DNA of 64,000 nt from the human T2T-CHM13v2.0 reference genome, Homo sapiens. The DNA is taken from NCBI GenBank assembly GCA_009914755.4, contig CP068257.2, forward strand, positions 768,001 through 832,000, written 5' to 3'. The notes under the pieces are model-generated. The model searched no databases. It was not told the origin of the DNA and was given only the letters and a program-made list of their open reading frames with translations. Below are positions 39,461 through 53,500 of the stretch, piece after piece (position 1 is the stretch's first letter; each line of letters opens with the position of its first letter). Both the position numbers and the translations under genes were made by a program.

Positions 39461-41379
39461 TCTCAGGACTGAACACCCAGGTGATTCAACTCTTGACTAG
39501 GAACTGCCTACAGAGGTTATTGTGAAATATCTCTGCACTGATAAACTAGGTGGTGTAACCCTTGTCCAAGCTCTGCCTACAGGGGCGTTTCCACATATCC
39601 CTGAACTGATGACAAAGTGATGTAACTCTTGCCTAGGCTTTGCCTACAGGGGCATTGGACATATATCTGCACTGATCACCCAGGTGATGCAACTCTTGCC
39701 TAGGCTTTTCCTACAGGGGACACTGTGACATATCTCTTCAATGATCACTCATGTGATGCATCTCTTGCCTAGGCTTTGCCAACAGGGGACATTGTGACAT
39801 ATCTCTGCACTGATCTCCCTGGTACAGTAACTTTAGTCTAGGCTCTGGCTACACGGCATTGTGACATATCACTGCACTGATCAACCAGGTGATATAACTC
39901 TTGTATAGGCTCTGCCTACAGGGGGCTTGTGACCTACCTCTGCACTGATCACCCAGGTGATATAACTCTTCTCTAGGATCTGCCTACAGGGTGCTTTGTG
40001 ACATATCCCTGCACTGATCACCCAGGTGACCTAACTCTGGTCTAAGCTCTGCCTAAAGGGGCATTGTGACAGATCTCTGCACTGATCACTCAGGTGATGT
40101 AACCATTGTCTAGGATCTGCTTAAAGGGGCCTTGTCACATATCCCTGCACTGATCACCCAGGTGATGTAACTCTTGTCTAGGCTCTGCTTCCAGGGCATA
40201 TTGTGACATAACTATGCACTGATCACCTTAGTGATTTAACACTTGTGTAGGCTCGGCCTACAGAGGAATATAGACATATCTCTGCACTGTTAAACGGGGT
40301 GATTTAACTCTTGTCTAGGCTGTGCCCACAGGGGGATTGAGACATATCTCTGCACTGATCCCGAGGTGATCCAACTCTTGCCTGGTCTCTGCCTACTGGG
40401 GACATTGTGACATATCTCTGCACTGATCTCCCAGGTGCTGTAAATTTTGTCTAGGCTCTGGCTACACGGCATTGTGACTTATCACTGCACTGATCACCCA
40501 GGCGATACAACTCTTGTCTAGGCTCTGCCTACAATGGTCTTGTGACATATCTCTGCACTGATCACCCAGGTGATATAACTCTTCTCTAGGATCTGACCAC
40601 GGGGTGCTTTGTGACATATCCCTGCAATGATCACCCAGGTGATATACCACTTGCCAAGGCTCTGCTTACAGGGGCATTGCAATGTATCTCTGCACTGATC
40701 ACCTAGGTCTTGTAGCTATTTTCTAGGATCTGCCTACAGGGTGCTTTGTGACGGGTCCCAGCAAGGATTACCCAGGTGATGTACCTCTCATCAAGGCTCT
40801 GCCTACAGGCACATTGCGATATCTCTCTGCACTGATCACCTAGGTCATGTAACTTTTGTCTAGGCTCTACCTACGATGGTATTGTGACATATCTCTGCAC
40901 TAATCATCCAACTGATGTAACACTTGTCTAGGATGTGCCTAAATTAACTTTTTGACATAACCCTGTACTGATCATCCAGGTGATGGGGCTTTTGTCTAGG
41001 CTCTGCCTAAGGGGGCATTGTGACATATTTCTGCAATGATCACCCAGGTGGCGAACTCTTCTCTCGGATCTGCCTATGGGGGCATTGTGAGAAATCTCTG
41101 CACTGATCACCCAGGTGATGTAACTGTTGTGTAACCTCTGCCTACAGGGGAATTGTGAGAGATCTCGCCACTGATTACCCAAGTGATGTAACCATTGTCC
41201 AGGCTTTGCGTACAGGGGGCTTTGTGACATACCTTTGCACTGATCACCCAGGTGATGTAACACATCTAAGTTCGGCCTAAAGGAACTTTGTGACACACCT
41301 CTGCACTGATCACTTAGGTGATGTAACACTTTTATAATCACTGCCTACAGGGAATTTTGACAAATCTCTGCACTGATCA

Positions 41380-41400
41380 CCTAGGTGATTCAACTCTTGA
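41380..41400. other. Different 68-bp monomer deletion junction (cacctaggtgat|tcaactcttgactagg).
   Basis: 41381 cactgatcacctaggtgattcaactcttgactaggaactgcc, versus the intact 51091-51200 (cacctaggtgatgtaactcttgtctaccctctgtccaacggggcattgtgaaatatctcagcactgaacacccaggtgattcaactcttgactagg). ORF spacing 40928 to 42833 is 1905. Confidence 0.75.
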
Positions 41401-41564
41401 CTAGGAACTGCCTACAGAGGTTATTGTGAAATATCTCTGCACTGATAAACTAGGTGGTGTAAACCTTGTCCAAGCTCTGCCTACAGGGGCCTTTCCACAT
41501 ATCCCTGAACTGATGACAAAGGTGTTGTAACTCTTGCCTAGGCTTTGCCTACAGGGACATTGGA

Positions 41565-44500
41565 CATATATCTGCACTGATCACCCAGGTGATGCAACTC
41601 TTGCCTAGGCTTTGCCTACAGGGTACACTGTGACATATCTCTTCAATGATCACTCATGTGATGCATCTCTTGCCTAGGCTTTGCCTACAGGGGACATTGT
41701 GACATATCTCTGCACTGATACCCCAGGTGCTGTAACTTTAGTCTAGACTCTGGCTACACGTCATTGTGACATATCACTGCACTGATGAACCAGGTGATAT
41801 AACTCTTGTATAGGCTCTGCCTACAGGGGGCTTGTGACCTACCTCTGCACTGATCACCCAGGTGATATAACTCTTCTCTAGGATCTGCCTACAGGGTGCT
41901 TTGTGACATATCCCTGCACTGATCATCCAGGTGACCTAACTCTGGTCTAAGCTCTGCCTAAAGGGGCATTGTGACAGATCTCTGCACTGATCACTCAGGT
42001 GATGTAACTATTGTCTAGGCTCTGCTTAAAGGGGCCTTGTCACATATCCCTGCACTGATCACCCAGGTGATGTAACTCTTGTCTAGGCTCTGCTTCCTGG
42101 GCATATTGTGACATAGCTATGCACTGATCACCTTAGTGATGTAACACTTGTGTAGGCTCGGCCTACAGAGGAATCTTGACATATCTCTGCACTGTTAAAC
42201 GAGGTGATTTAACTCTTGTCTAGGCTGTGCCCACAGGGGGATTGAGACATATCTCTGCACTGATCCCGAGGTGATCCAACTCTTGCCTGGTCTCTGCCTA
42301 CTGGGGACATTGTGACATATCTCTGCACTGATCTCCCAGGTGCTGTAAATTTTGTCTAGGCTCTGGCTACACGGCATTGTGACTTATCACTGCACTGATC
42401 ACCCAGGCGATACAACTCTTGTCTAGGCTCTGCCTACAATGGTCTTGTGACATATCTCTGCACTGATCACCCAGGTGATATAACTCTTCTCTAGGATCTG
42501 ACCACGGGGTGATTTGTGAAATATCCCTGCAATGATCACCCAGGTGATATACCACTTGCCAAGGCTCTGCTTACAGGGGCATTGCAATGTATCTCTGCAC
42601 TGATCACCTAGGTCTTGTAGCTATTTTCTAGGATCTGCCTACAGGGTGCTTTGTGACGTGTCCCAGCAAGGATTACCCAGGTGATGTACCTCTCACCAAG
42701 GCTCTGCCTACAGGCACATTGCGATATATCTCTGCACTGATCACCTAGGTCACGTAACTTTTGTCTAGGCTCTACCTACGATGGTATTGTGACATATCTC
42801 TGCACTAATCATCCAAGTGATGTAACACTTGTCTAGGATGTGCCTAAATTAACTTTTTGACATAACCCTGTACTGATCATCCAGGTGATGGGGCTTTTGT
42901 CTAGGCTCTGCCTAAGGGGGCATTGTGACATATTTGTGCATTGATCACCCAGGTGGCGAACTCTTCTCTCGGATCTGCCTATGGGGGCATTGTGAGAAAT
43001 CTCTGCACTGATCACCCAGGTGATGTAACTGTTGTGTAACCTCTGCCTACAGGGGAATTGTGAGAGATCTCCCCACTGATTACCCAAGTGATGTAACCAT
43101 TGTCTAGGCTTTGCGTACAGGGGGCTTTGTGACATACCTTTGCACTGATCACCCAGGTGATGTAACACATCTAAGTTCGGCCTAAAGGAGCTTTGTGACA
43201 CATCTCTGCACTGATCACTTAGGTGATGTAACACTTTTATAATCACTGCCTACAGGGAATTTTGACAAATCTCTGCACTGATCACCTAGGTGATGTAACT
43301 CTTGTCTACCCTCTGTCCAACGGGGCATTGTGAAATATCTCAGCACTGAACACCCAGGTGATTCAACTCTTGACTAGGAACTGCCTACAGAGGTTATTGT
43401 GAAATATCTCTGCACTGACAAACTAGGTGGTGTAACCCTTGTCCAAGCTCTGCCTACAGGGGCGTTTCCACATATCCCTGAACTGATGACAAAGGTGATG
43501 TAACTCTTGCCTAGGCTTTGCCTACAGGGACATTGGACATATATCTGCACTGATCACCCAGGTGATGCAACTCTTGCCTAGGCTTTGCCTACAGGGTACT
43601 CTGTGACATATCTCTTCAATGACCACTCATGTGATGCATCTCTTGCCTAGGCTTTGCCAACAGGGGACATTGTGACATATCTCTGCACTGATCTCCCTGG
43701 TACTGTAACTTTAGTCTAGGCTCTGGCTACACGGCATTGTGACATATCACTGCACTGATCAACCAGGTTATATAACTCTTGTATAGGCTCTGCCTACAGG
43801 GGGCTTGTGACCTACCTCTGCTCTGATTACCCAGGTGATATAACTCTTCTCTAGGATCTGCCTACAGGGTGCTTTGTGACATATCCCTGCACTGATCACC
43901 CAGGTGACCTAACTCTTGTCTAAGCTCTGCCTAAAGGGGCATTGTGACAGATCTCTGCACTGATCACTCAGGTGATGTAACTATTGTCTAGGCTCTGCTT
44001 AAAGGGGCCTTGTCACATATCCCTGCACTGATCACCCAGGTGATGTAACTCTTGTCTAGGCTCTGCTTCCAGGGCATATTGTGACATAACTATGCACTGA
44101 TCACCTTAGTGATTTAACACTTGTGTGGGCTCGGCCTACAGAGGAATCTTGACATATCTCTGCACTGTTAAACGAGGTGATTTAACTCTTGTCTAGGCTG
44201 TGCCCACAGGGGGATTGAGACATATCTCTGCACTGATCCCGAGGTGATCCAACTCTTGCCTGGTCTCTGCCTACTGTGGACATTGTGACATATCTCTGCA
44301 CTGATCTCCCAGGTGCTGTAAATTTTGTCTAGGCTCTGGCTACACGGCATTGTGACTTATCACTGCACTGATCACCCAGGCGATACAACTCTTGTCTAGG
44401 CTCCGCCTACAATGGTCTTGTGACATATCTCTGCACTGATCACCCAGGTGATATAACTCTTCTCTAGGATCTGACCACGGGGTGCTTTGTGACATATCCC

Positions 44501-47500
44501 TGCAATGATCACCCAGGTGATATACCACTTGCCAAGGCTCTGCTTACAGGGGCATTGCAATGTATCTCTGCACTGATCACCTAGGTCTTGTAGCTATTTT
44601 CTAGGATCTGCCTACAGGGTGCTTTGTGACGGGTCCCAGCAAGGATTACCCAGGTGATGTACCTCTCATCAAGGCTCTGCCTACAGGCACATTGCGATAT
44701 ATCTCTGCACTGATCACCTAGGTCATGTAACTTTTGTCTAGGCTCTACCTACGATGGTATTGTGACATATCTCTGCACTAATCATCCAACTGATGTAACA
44801 CTTGTCTAGGATGTGCCTAAATTAACTTTTTGACATAACCCTGTACTGATCATCCAGGTGATGGGGCTTTTGTCTAGGCTCTGCCTAAGGGGGCATTGTG
44901 ACATATTTCTGCAATGATCACCCAGGTGGCGAACTCTTCTCTCGGATCTGCCTATGGGGGCATTGTGAGAAATCTCTGCACTGATCACCCAGGTGATGTA
45001 ACTGTTGTGTAACCTCTGCCTACAGGGGAATTGTGAGAGATCTCGCCACTGATTACCCAAGTGATGTAACCATTGTCCAGGCTTTGCGTACAGGGGGCTT
45101 TGTGACATACCTTTGCACTGATCACCCAGGTGATGTAACACATCTAAGTTCGGCCTAAAGGAACTTTGTGACACACCTCTGCACTGATCACTTAGGTGAT
45201 GTAACACTTTTATAATCACTGCCTACAGGGAATTTTGACAAATCTCTGCACTGATCACCTAGGTGATGTAACTCTTGTCTACCCTCTGTCCAACGGGGCA
45301 TTGTGAAATATCTCAGCACTGAACACCCAGGTGATTCAACTCTTGACTAGGAACTGCCTACAGAGGTTATTGTGAAATATCTCTGCACTGATAAACTAGG
45401 TGGTGTAAACCTTGTCCAAGCTCTGCCTACAGGGGCGTTTCCACATATCCCTGAACTGATGACAAAGGTGTTGTAACTCTTGCCTAGGCTTTGCCTACAG
45501 GGACATTGGACATATATCTGCACTGATCACCCAGGTGATGCAACTCTTGCCTAGGCTTTGCCTACAGGGTACACTGTGACATATCTCTTCAATGATCACT
45601 CATGTGATGCATCTCTTGCCTAGGCTTTGCCTACAGGGGACATTGTGACATATCTCTGCACTGATATCCCAGGTGCTGTAACTTTAGTCTAGACTCTGGC
45701 TACACGGCATTGTGACATATCACTGCACTGATGAACCAGGTGATATAACTCTTGTATAGGCTCTGCCTACAGGGGGCTTGTGACCTACCTCTGCACTGAT
45801 CACCCAGGTGATATAACTCTTCTCTAGGATCTGCCTACAGGGTGCTTTGTGACATATCCCTGCACTGATCATCCAGGTGACCTAACTCTGGTCTAAGCTC
45901 TGCCTAAAGGGGCATTGTGACAGATCTCTGCACTGATCACTCAGGTGATGTAACTATTGTCTAGGCTCTGCTTAAAGGGGCCTTGTCACATATCCCTGCA
46001 CTGATCACCCAGGTGATGTAACTCTTGTCTAGGCTCTGCTTCCTGGGCATATTGTGACATAGCTATGCACTGATCACCTTAGTGATGTAACACTTGTGTA
46101 GGCTCGGCCTACAGAGGAATCTTGACATATCTCTGCACTGTTAAACGAGGTGATTTAACTCTTGTCTAGGCTGTGCCCACAGGGGGATTGAGACATATCT
46201 CTGCACTGATCCCGAGGTGATCCAACTCTTACCTGGTCTCTGCCTACTGGGGACATTGTGACATATCTCTGCACTGATCTCCCAGGTGCTGTAAATTTTG
46301 TCTAGGCTCTGGCTACACGGCATTGTGACTTATCACTGCACTGATCACCCAGGCGATACAACTCTTGTCTAGGCTCTGCCTACAATGGTCTTGTGACATA
46401 TCTCTGCACTGATCACCCAGGTGATATAACTCTTCTCTAGGATCTGACCACGGGGTGCTTTGTGACATATCCCTGCAATGATCACCCAGGTGATATACCA
46501 CTTGCCAAGGCTCTGCTTACAGGGGCATTGCAATGTATCTCTGCACTTATCACCTAGGTCTTGTAGCTATTTTCTAGGATCTGCCTGCAGGGTGCTTTGT
46601 GACGGGTCCCAGCAAGGATTACCCAGGTGATGTACCTCTCATCAAGGCTCTGCCTACAGGCACATTGCAATATATCTCTGCACTGATCACCTAGGTCACG
46701 TAACTTTTGTCTAGGCTCTACCTACGATGGTATTGTGACATATCTCTGCACTAATCATCCAAGTGATGTAACACTTGTCTATGATGTGCCTAAATTAACT
46801 TTTTGACATAACCCTGTACTGATCATCCAAGTGATGGGGCTTTTGTCTAGGCTCTGCCTAAGGGGGCATTGTGACATATTTCTGCATTGATCACCCAGGT
46901 GGCGAACTCTTCTCTCGGATCTGCCTATGGGGGCATTGTGAGAAATCTCTGCACTGATCACCCAGGTGATGTAACTGTTGTGTAACCTCTGCCTACAGGG
47001 GAATTGTGAGAGATCTCCCTACTGATTACCCAAGTGATGTAACCATTGTCTAGGCTTTGCGTACAGGGGGCTTTGTGACATACCTTTGCACTGATCAACC
47101 AGGTGATGTAACACATCTAAGTTCGGCCTAAAGGAGCTTTGTGACACATCTCTGCACTGATCACTTAGGTGATGTAACACTTTTATAATCACTGCCTACA
47201 GGGAATTTTGACAAATCTCTGCACTGATCACCTAGGTGATGTAACTCTTGTCTACCCTCTGTCCAACGGGGCATTGTGAAATATCTCAGCACTGAACACC
47301 CAGGTGATTCAACTCTTGACTTGGAACTGCCTACAGAGGTTATTGTGAAATATCTCTGCACTGATAAACTAGGTGGTGTAACCCTTGTCTAAGCTCTGCC
47401 TACAGGGGCGTTTCCACATATCCCTGAACTGATGACAAAGGTGATGTAACTCTTGCCTAGGCTTTGCCTACAGGGGCATTGGACATATATCTGCACTGAT

Positions 47501-50500
47501 CACCCAGGTGATGCAACTCTTGCCTAGGCTTTGCCTACAGGGGACACTGTGACATATCTCTTCAATGATCACTCATGTGATGCATCTCTTGCCTAGGCTT
47601 TGACAACAGGGGACATTGTGACATATCTCTGCACTGATCTCCCTGGTACTGTAACTTTAGTCTAGGCTCTGGCTACACGGCATTGTGACATATCACTGCA
47701 CTGATCAACCAGGTGATATAACTCTGGTATAGGCTCTGCCTACAGGGGGCTTGTGACCTACCTCTGCACTGATCACCCAGGTGATATAACTCTTCTCTAG
47801 GATCTGCCTACAGGGTGCTTTGTGACATATCCCTGCACTGATCACCCAGGTGACCTAACTCTGGTCTAAGCTCTGCCTAAAGGGGCATTGTGACAGATCT
47901 CTGCACTGATCACTCAGGTGATGTAACTATTGTCTAGGCTCTGCTTAAAGGGGCCTTGTCACATATCCCTGCACTGATCACCCAGGTGATGTAACTCTTG
48001 TCTAGGCTCTGCTTCCAGGGCATATTGTGACATAACTATGCACTGATCACCTTAGTGATTTAACACTTGTGTAGGCTCGGCCTACAGAGGAATCTTGACA
48101 TATCTCTGAACTGTTAAACGAGGTGATTTAACTCTTGTCTAGGCTGTGCCCACAGGGGGATTGAGACATATCTCTGCACTGATCCCGAGGTGATCCAACT
48201 CTTGCCTGGTCTCTGCCTACTGGGGACATTGTGACATATCTCTGCACTGATCTCCCAGGTGCTGTAAATTTTGTCTAGGCTCTGGCTACACGGCATTGTG
48301 ACTTATCACTGCACTGATCACCCAGGCGATACAACTCTTGTCTAGGCTCTGCCTACAATGGTCTTGTGACATATCTCTGCACTGATCACCCAGGTGATAT
48401 AACTCTTCTCTAGGATCTGACCACGGGGTGCTTTGTGAAATATCCCTGCAATGATCACCCAGGTGATATACCACTTGCCAAGGCTCTGCTTACAGGGGCA
48501 TTGCAATGTATCTCTGCACTGATCACCTAGGTCTTGTAGCTATTTTCTAGGATCTGCCTACAGGGTGCTTTGTGACGTGTCCCAGCAAGGATTACCCAGG
48601 TGATGTACCTCTCACCAAGGCTCTGCCTACAGGCACATTGCGATATATCTCTGCACTGATCACCTAGGTCACGTAACTTTTGTCTAGGCTCTACCTACGA
48701 TGGTATTGTGACATATCTCTGCACTAATCATCCAAGTGATGTAACACTTGTCTAGGATGTGCCTAAATTAACTTTTTGACATAACCCTGTACTGATCATC
48801 CAGGTGATGGGGCTTTTGTCTAGGCTCTGCCTAAGGGGGCATTGTGACATATTTGTGCATTGATCACCCAGGTGGCGAACTCTTCTCTCGGATCTGCCTA
48901 TGGGGGCATTGTGAGAAATCTCTGCACTGATCACCCAGGTGATGTAACTGTTGTGTAACCTCTGCCTACAGGGGAATTGTGAGAGATCTCCCCACTGATT
49001 ACCCAAGTGATGTAACCATTGTCTAGGCTTTGCGTACAGGGGGCTTTGTGACATACCTTTGCACTGATCACCCAGGTGATGTAACACATCTAAGTTCGGC
49101 CTAAAGGAGCTTTGTGACACATCTCTGCACTGATCACTTAGGTGATGTAACTCTTGTCTACCCTCTGTCCAACGGGGCATTGTGAAATATCTCAGGACTG
49201 AACACCCAGGTGATTCAACTCTTGACTAGGAACTGCCTACAGAGGTTATTGTGAAATATCTCTGCACTGATAAACTAGGTGGTGTAACCCTTGTCCAAGC
49301 TCTGCCTACAGGGGCGTTTCCACATATCCCTGAACTGATGACAAAGTGATGTAACTCTTGCCTAGGCTTTGCCTACAGGGGCATTGGACATATATCTGCA
49401 CTGATCACCCAGGTGATGCAACTCTTGCCTAGGCTTTTCCTACAGGGGACACTGTGACATATCTCTTCAATGATCACTCATGTGATGCATCTCTTGCCTA
49501 GGCTTTGCCAACAGGGGACATTGTGACATATCTCTGCACTGATCTCCCTGGTACAGTAACTTTAGTCTAGGCTCTGGCTACACGGCATTGTGACATATCA
49601 CTGCACTGATCAACCAGGTGATATAACTCTTGTATAGGCTCTGCCTACAGGGGGCTTGTGACCTACCTCTGCACTGATCACCCAGGTGATATAACTCTTC
49701 TCTAGGATCTGCCTACAGGGTGCTTTGTGACATATCCCTGCACTGATCACCCAGGTGACCTAACTCTGGTCTAAGCTCTGCCTAAAGGGGCATTGTGACA
49801 GATCTCTGCACTGATCACTCAGGTGATGTAACCATTGTCTAGGATCTGCTTAAAGGGGCCTTGTCACATATCCCTGCACTGATCACCCAGGTGATGTAAC
49901 TCTTGTCTAGGCTCTGCTTCCAGGGCATATTGTGACATAACTATGCACTGATCACCTTAGTGATTTAACACTTGTGTAGGCTCGGCCTACAGAGGAATAT
50001 AGACATATCTCTGCACTGTTAAACGGGGTGATTTAACTCTTGTCTAGGCTGTGCCCACAGGGGGATTGAGACATATCTCTGCACTGATCCCGAGGTGATC
50101 CAACTCTTGCCTGGTCTCTGCCTACTGGGGACATTGTGACATATCTCTGCACTGATCTCCCAGGTGCTGTAAATTTTGTCTAGGCTCTGGCTACACGGCA
50201 TTGTGACTTATCACTGCACTGATCACCCAGGCGATACAACTCTTGTCTAGGCTCTGCCTACAATGGTCTTGTGACATATCTCTGCACTGATCACCCAGGT
50301 GATATAACTCTTCTCTAGGATCTGACCACGGGGTGCTTTGTGACATATCCCTGCAATGATCACCCAGGTGATATACCACTTGCCAAGGCTCTGCTTACAG
50401 GGGCATTGCAATGTATCTCTGCACTGATCACCTAGGTCTTGTAGCTATTTTCTAGGATCTGCCTACAGGGTGCTTTGTGACGGGTCCCAGCAAGGATTAC

Positions 50501-53500
50501 CCAGGTGATGTACCTCTCATCAAGGCTCTGCCTACAGGCACATTGCGATATCTCTCTGCACTGATCACCTAGGTCATGTAACTTTTGTCTAGGCTCTACC
50601 TACGATGGTATTGTGACATATCTCTGCACTAATCATCCAACTGATGTAACACTTGTCTAGGATGTGCCTAAATTAACTTTTTGACATAACCCTGTACTGA
50701 TCATCCAGGTGATGGGGCTTTTGTCTAGGCTCTGCCTAAGGGGGCATTGTGACATATTTCTGCAATGATCACCCAGGTGGCGAACTCTTCTCTCGGATCT
50801 GCCTATGGGGGCATTGTGAGAAATCTCTGCACTGATCACCCAGGTGATGTAACTGTTGTGTAACCTCTGCCTACAGGGGAATTGTGAGAGATCTCGCCAC
50901 TGATTACCCAAGTGATGTAACCATTGTCCAGGCTTTGCGTACAGGGGGCTTTGTGACATACCTTTGCACTGATCACCCAGGTGATGTAACACATCTAAGT
51001 TCGGCCTAAAGGAACTTTGTGACACACCTCTGCACTGATCACTTAGGTGATGTAACACTTTTATAATCACTGCCTACAGGGAATTTTGACAAATCTCTGC
51101 ACTGATCACCTAGGTGATGTAACTCTTGTCTACCCTCTGTCCAACGGGGCATTGTGAAATATCTCAGCACTGAACACCCAGGTGATTCAACTCTTGACTA
51201 GGAACTGCCTACAGAGGTTATTGTGAAATATCTCTGCACTGATAAACTAGGTGGTGTAAACCTTGTCCAAGCTCTGCCTACAGGGGCGTTTCCACATATC
51301 CCTGAACTGATGACAAAGGTGTTGTAACTCTTGCCTAGGCTTTGCCTACAGGGACATTGGACATATATCTGCACTGATCACCCAGGTGATGCAACTCTTG
51401 CCTAGGCTTTGCCTACAGGGTACACTGTGACATATCTCTTCAATGATCACTCATGTGATGCATCTCTTGCCTAGGCTTTGCCTACAGGGGACATTGTGAC
51501 ATATCTCTGCACTGATACCCCAGGTGCTGTAACTTTAGTCTAGACTCTGGCTACACGGCATTGTGACATATCACTGCACTGATGAACCAGGTGATATAAC
51601 TCTTGTATAGGCTCTGCCTACAGGGGGCTTGTGACCTACCTCTGCACTGATCACCCAGGTGATATAACTCTTCTCTAGGATCTGCCTACAGGGTGCTTTG
51701 TGACATATCCCTGCACTGATCATCCAGGTGACCTAACTCTGGTCTAAGCTCTGCCTAAAGGGGCATTGTGACAGATCTCTGCACTGATCACTCAGGTGAT
51801 GTAACTATTGTCTAGGCTCTGCTTAAAGGGGCCTTGTCACATATCCCTGCACTGATCACCCAGGTGATGTAACTCTTGTCTAGGCTCTGCTTCCTGGGCA
51901 TATTGTGACATAGCTATGCACTGATCACCTTAGTGATGTAACACTTGTGTAGGCTCGGCCTACAGAGGAATCTTGACATATCTCTGCACTGTTAAACGAG
52001 GTGATTTAACTCTTGTCTAGGCTGTGCCCACAGGGGGATTGAGACATATCTCTGCACTGATCCCGAGGTGATCCAACTCTTACCTGGTCTCTGCCTACTG
52101 GGGACATTGTGACATATCTCTGCACTGATCTCCCAGGTGCTGTAAATTTTGTCTAGGCTCTGGCTACACGGCATTGTGACTTATCACTGCACTGATCACC
52201 CAGGCGATACAACTCTTGTCTAGGCTCTGCCTACAATGGTCTTGTGACATATCTCTGCACTGATCACCCAGGTGATATAACTCTTCTCTAGGATCTGACC
52301 ACGGGGTGCTTTGTGACATATCCCTGCAATGATCACCCAGGTGATATACCACTTGCCAAGGCTCTGCTTACAGGGGCATTGCAATGTATCTCTGCACTGA
52401 TCACCTAGGTCTTGTAGCTATTTTCTAGGATCTGCCTGCAGGGTGCTTTGTGACGGGTCCCAGCAAGGATTACCCAGGTGATGTACCTCTCATCAAGGCT
52501 CTGCCTACAGGCACATTGCAATATATCTCTGCACTGATCACCTAGGTCACGTAACTTTTGTCTAGGCTCTACCTACGATGGTATTGTGACATATCTCTGC
52601 ACTAATCATCCAAGTGATGTAACACTTGTCTATGATGTGCCTAAATTAACTTTTTGACATAACCCTGTACTGATCATCCAGGTGATGGGGCTTTTGTCTA
52701 GGCTCTGCCTAAGGGGGCATTGTGACATATTTCTGCATTGATCACCCAGGTGGCGAACTCTTCTCTCGGATCTGCCTATGGGGGCATTGTGAGAAATCTC
52801 TGCACTGATCACCCAGGTGATGTAACTGTTGTGTAACCTCTGCCTACAGGGGAATTGTGAGAGATCTCCCTACTGATTACCCAAGTGATGTAACCATTGT
52901 CTAGGCTTTGCGTACAGGGGGCTTTGTGACATACCTTTGCACTGATCAACCAGGTGATGTAACACATCTAAGTTCGGCCTAAAGGAGCTTTGTGACACAT
53001 CTCTGCACTGATCACTTAGGTGATGTAACACTTTTATAATCACTGCCTACAGGGAATTTTGACAAATCTCTGCACTGATCACCTAGGTGATGTAACTCTT
53101 GTCTACCCTCTGTCCAACGGGGCATTGTGAAATATCTCAGCACTGAACACCCAGGTGATTCAACTCTTGACTAGGAACTGCCTACAGAGGTTATTGTGAA
53201 ATATCTCTGCACTGATAAACTAGGTGGTGTAACCCTTGTCTAAGCTCTGCCTACAGGGGCGTTTCCACATATCCCTGAACTGATGACAAAGGTGATGTAA
53301 CTCTTGCCTAGGCTTTGCCTACAGGGGCATTGGACATATATCTGCACTGATCACCCAGGTGATGCAACTCTTGCCTAGGCTTTGCCTACAGGGGACACTG
53401 TGACATATCTCTTCAATGATCACTCATGTGATGCATCTCTTGCCTAGGCTTTGACAACAGGGGACATTGTGACATATCTCTGCACTGATCTCCCTGGTAC

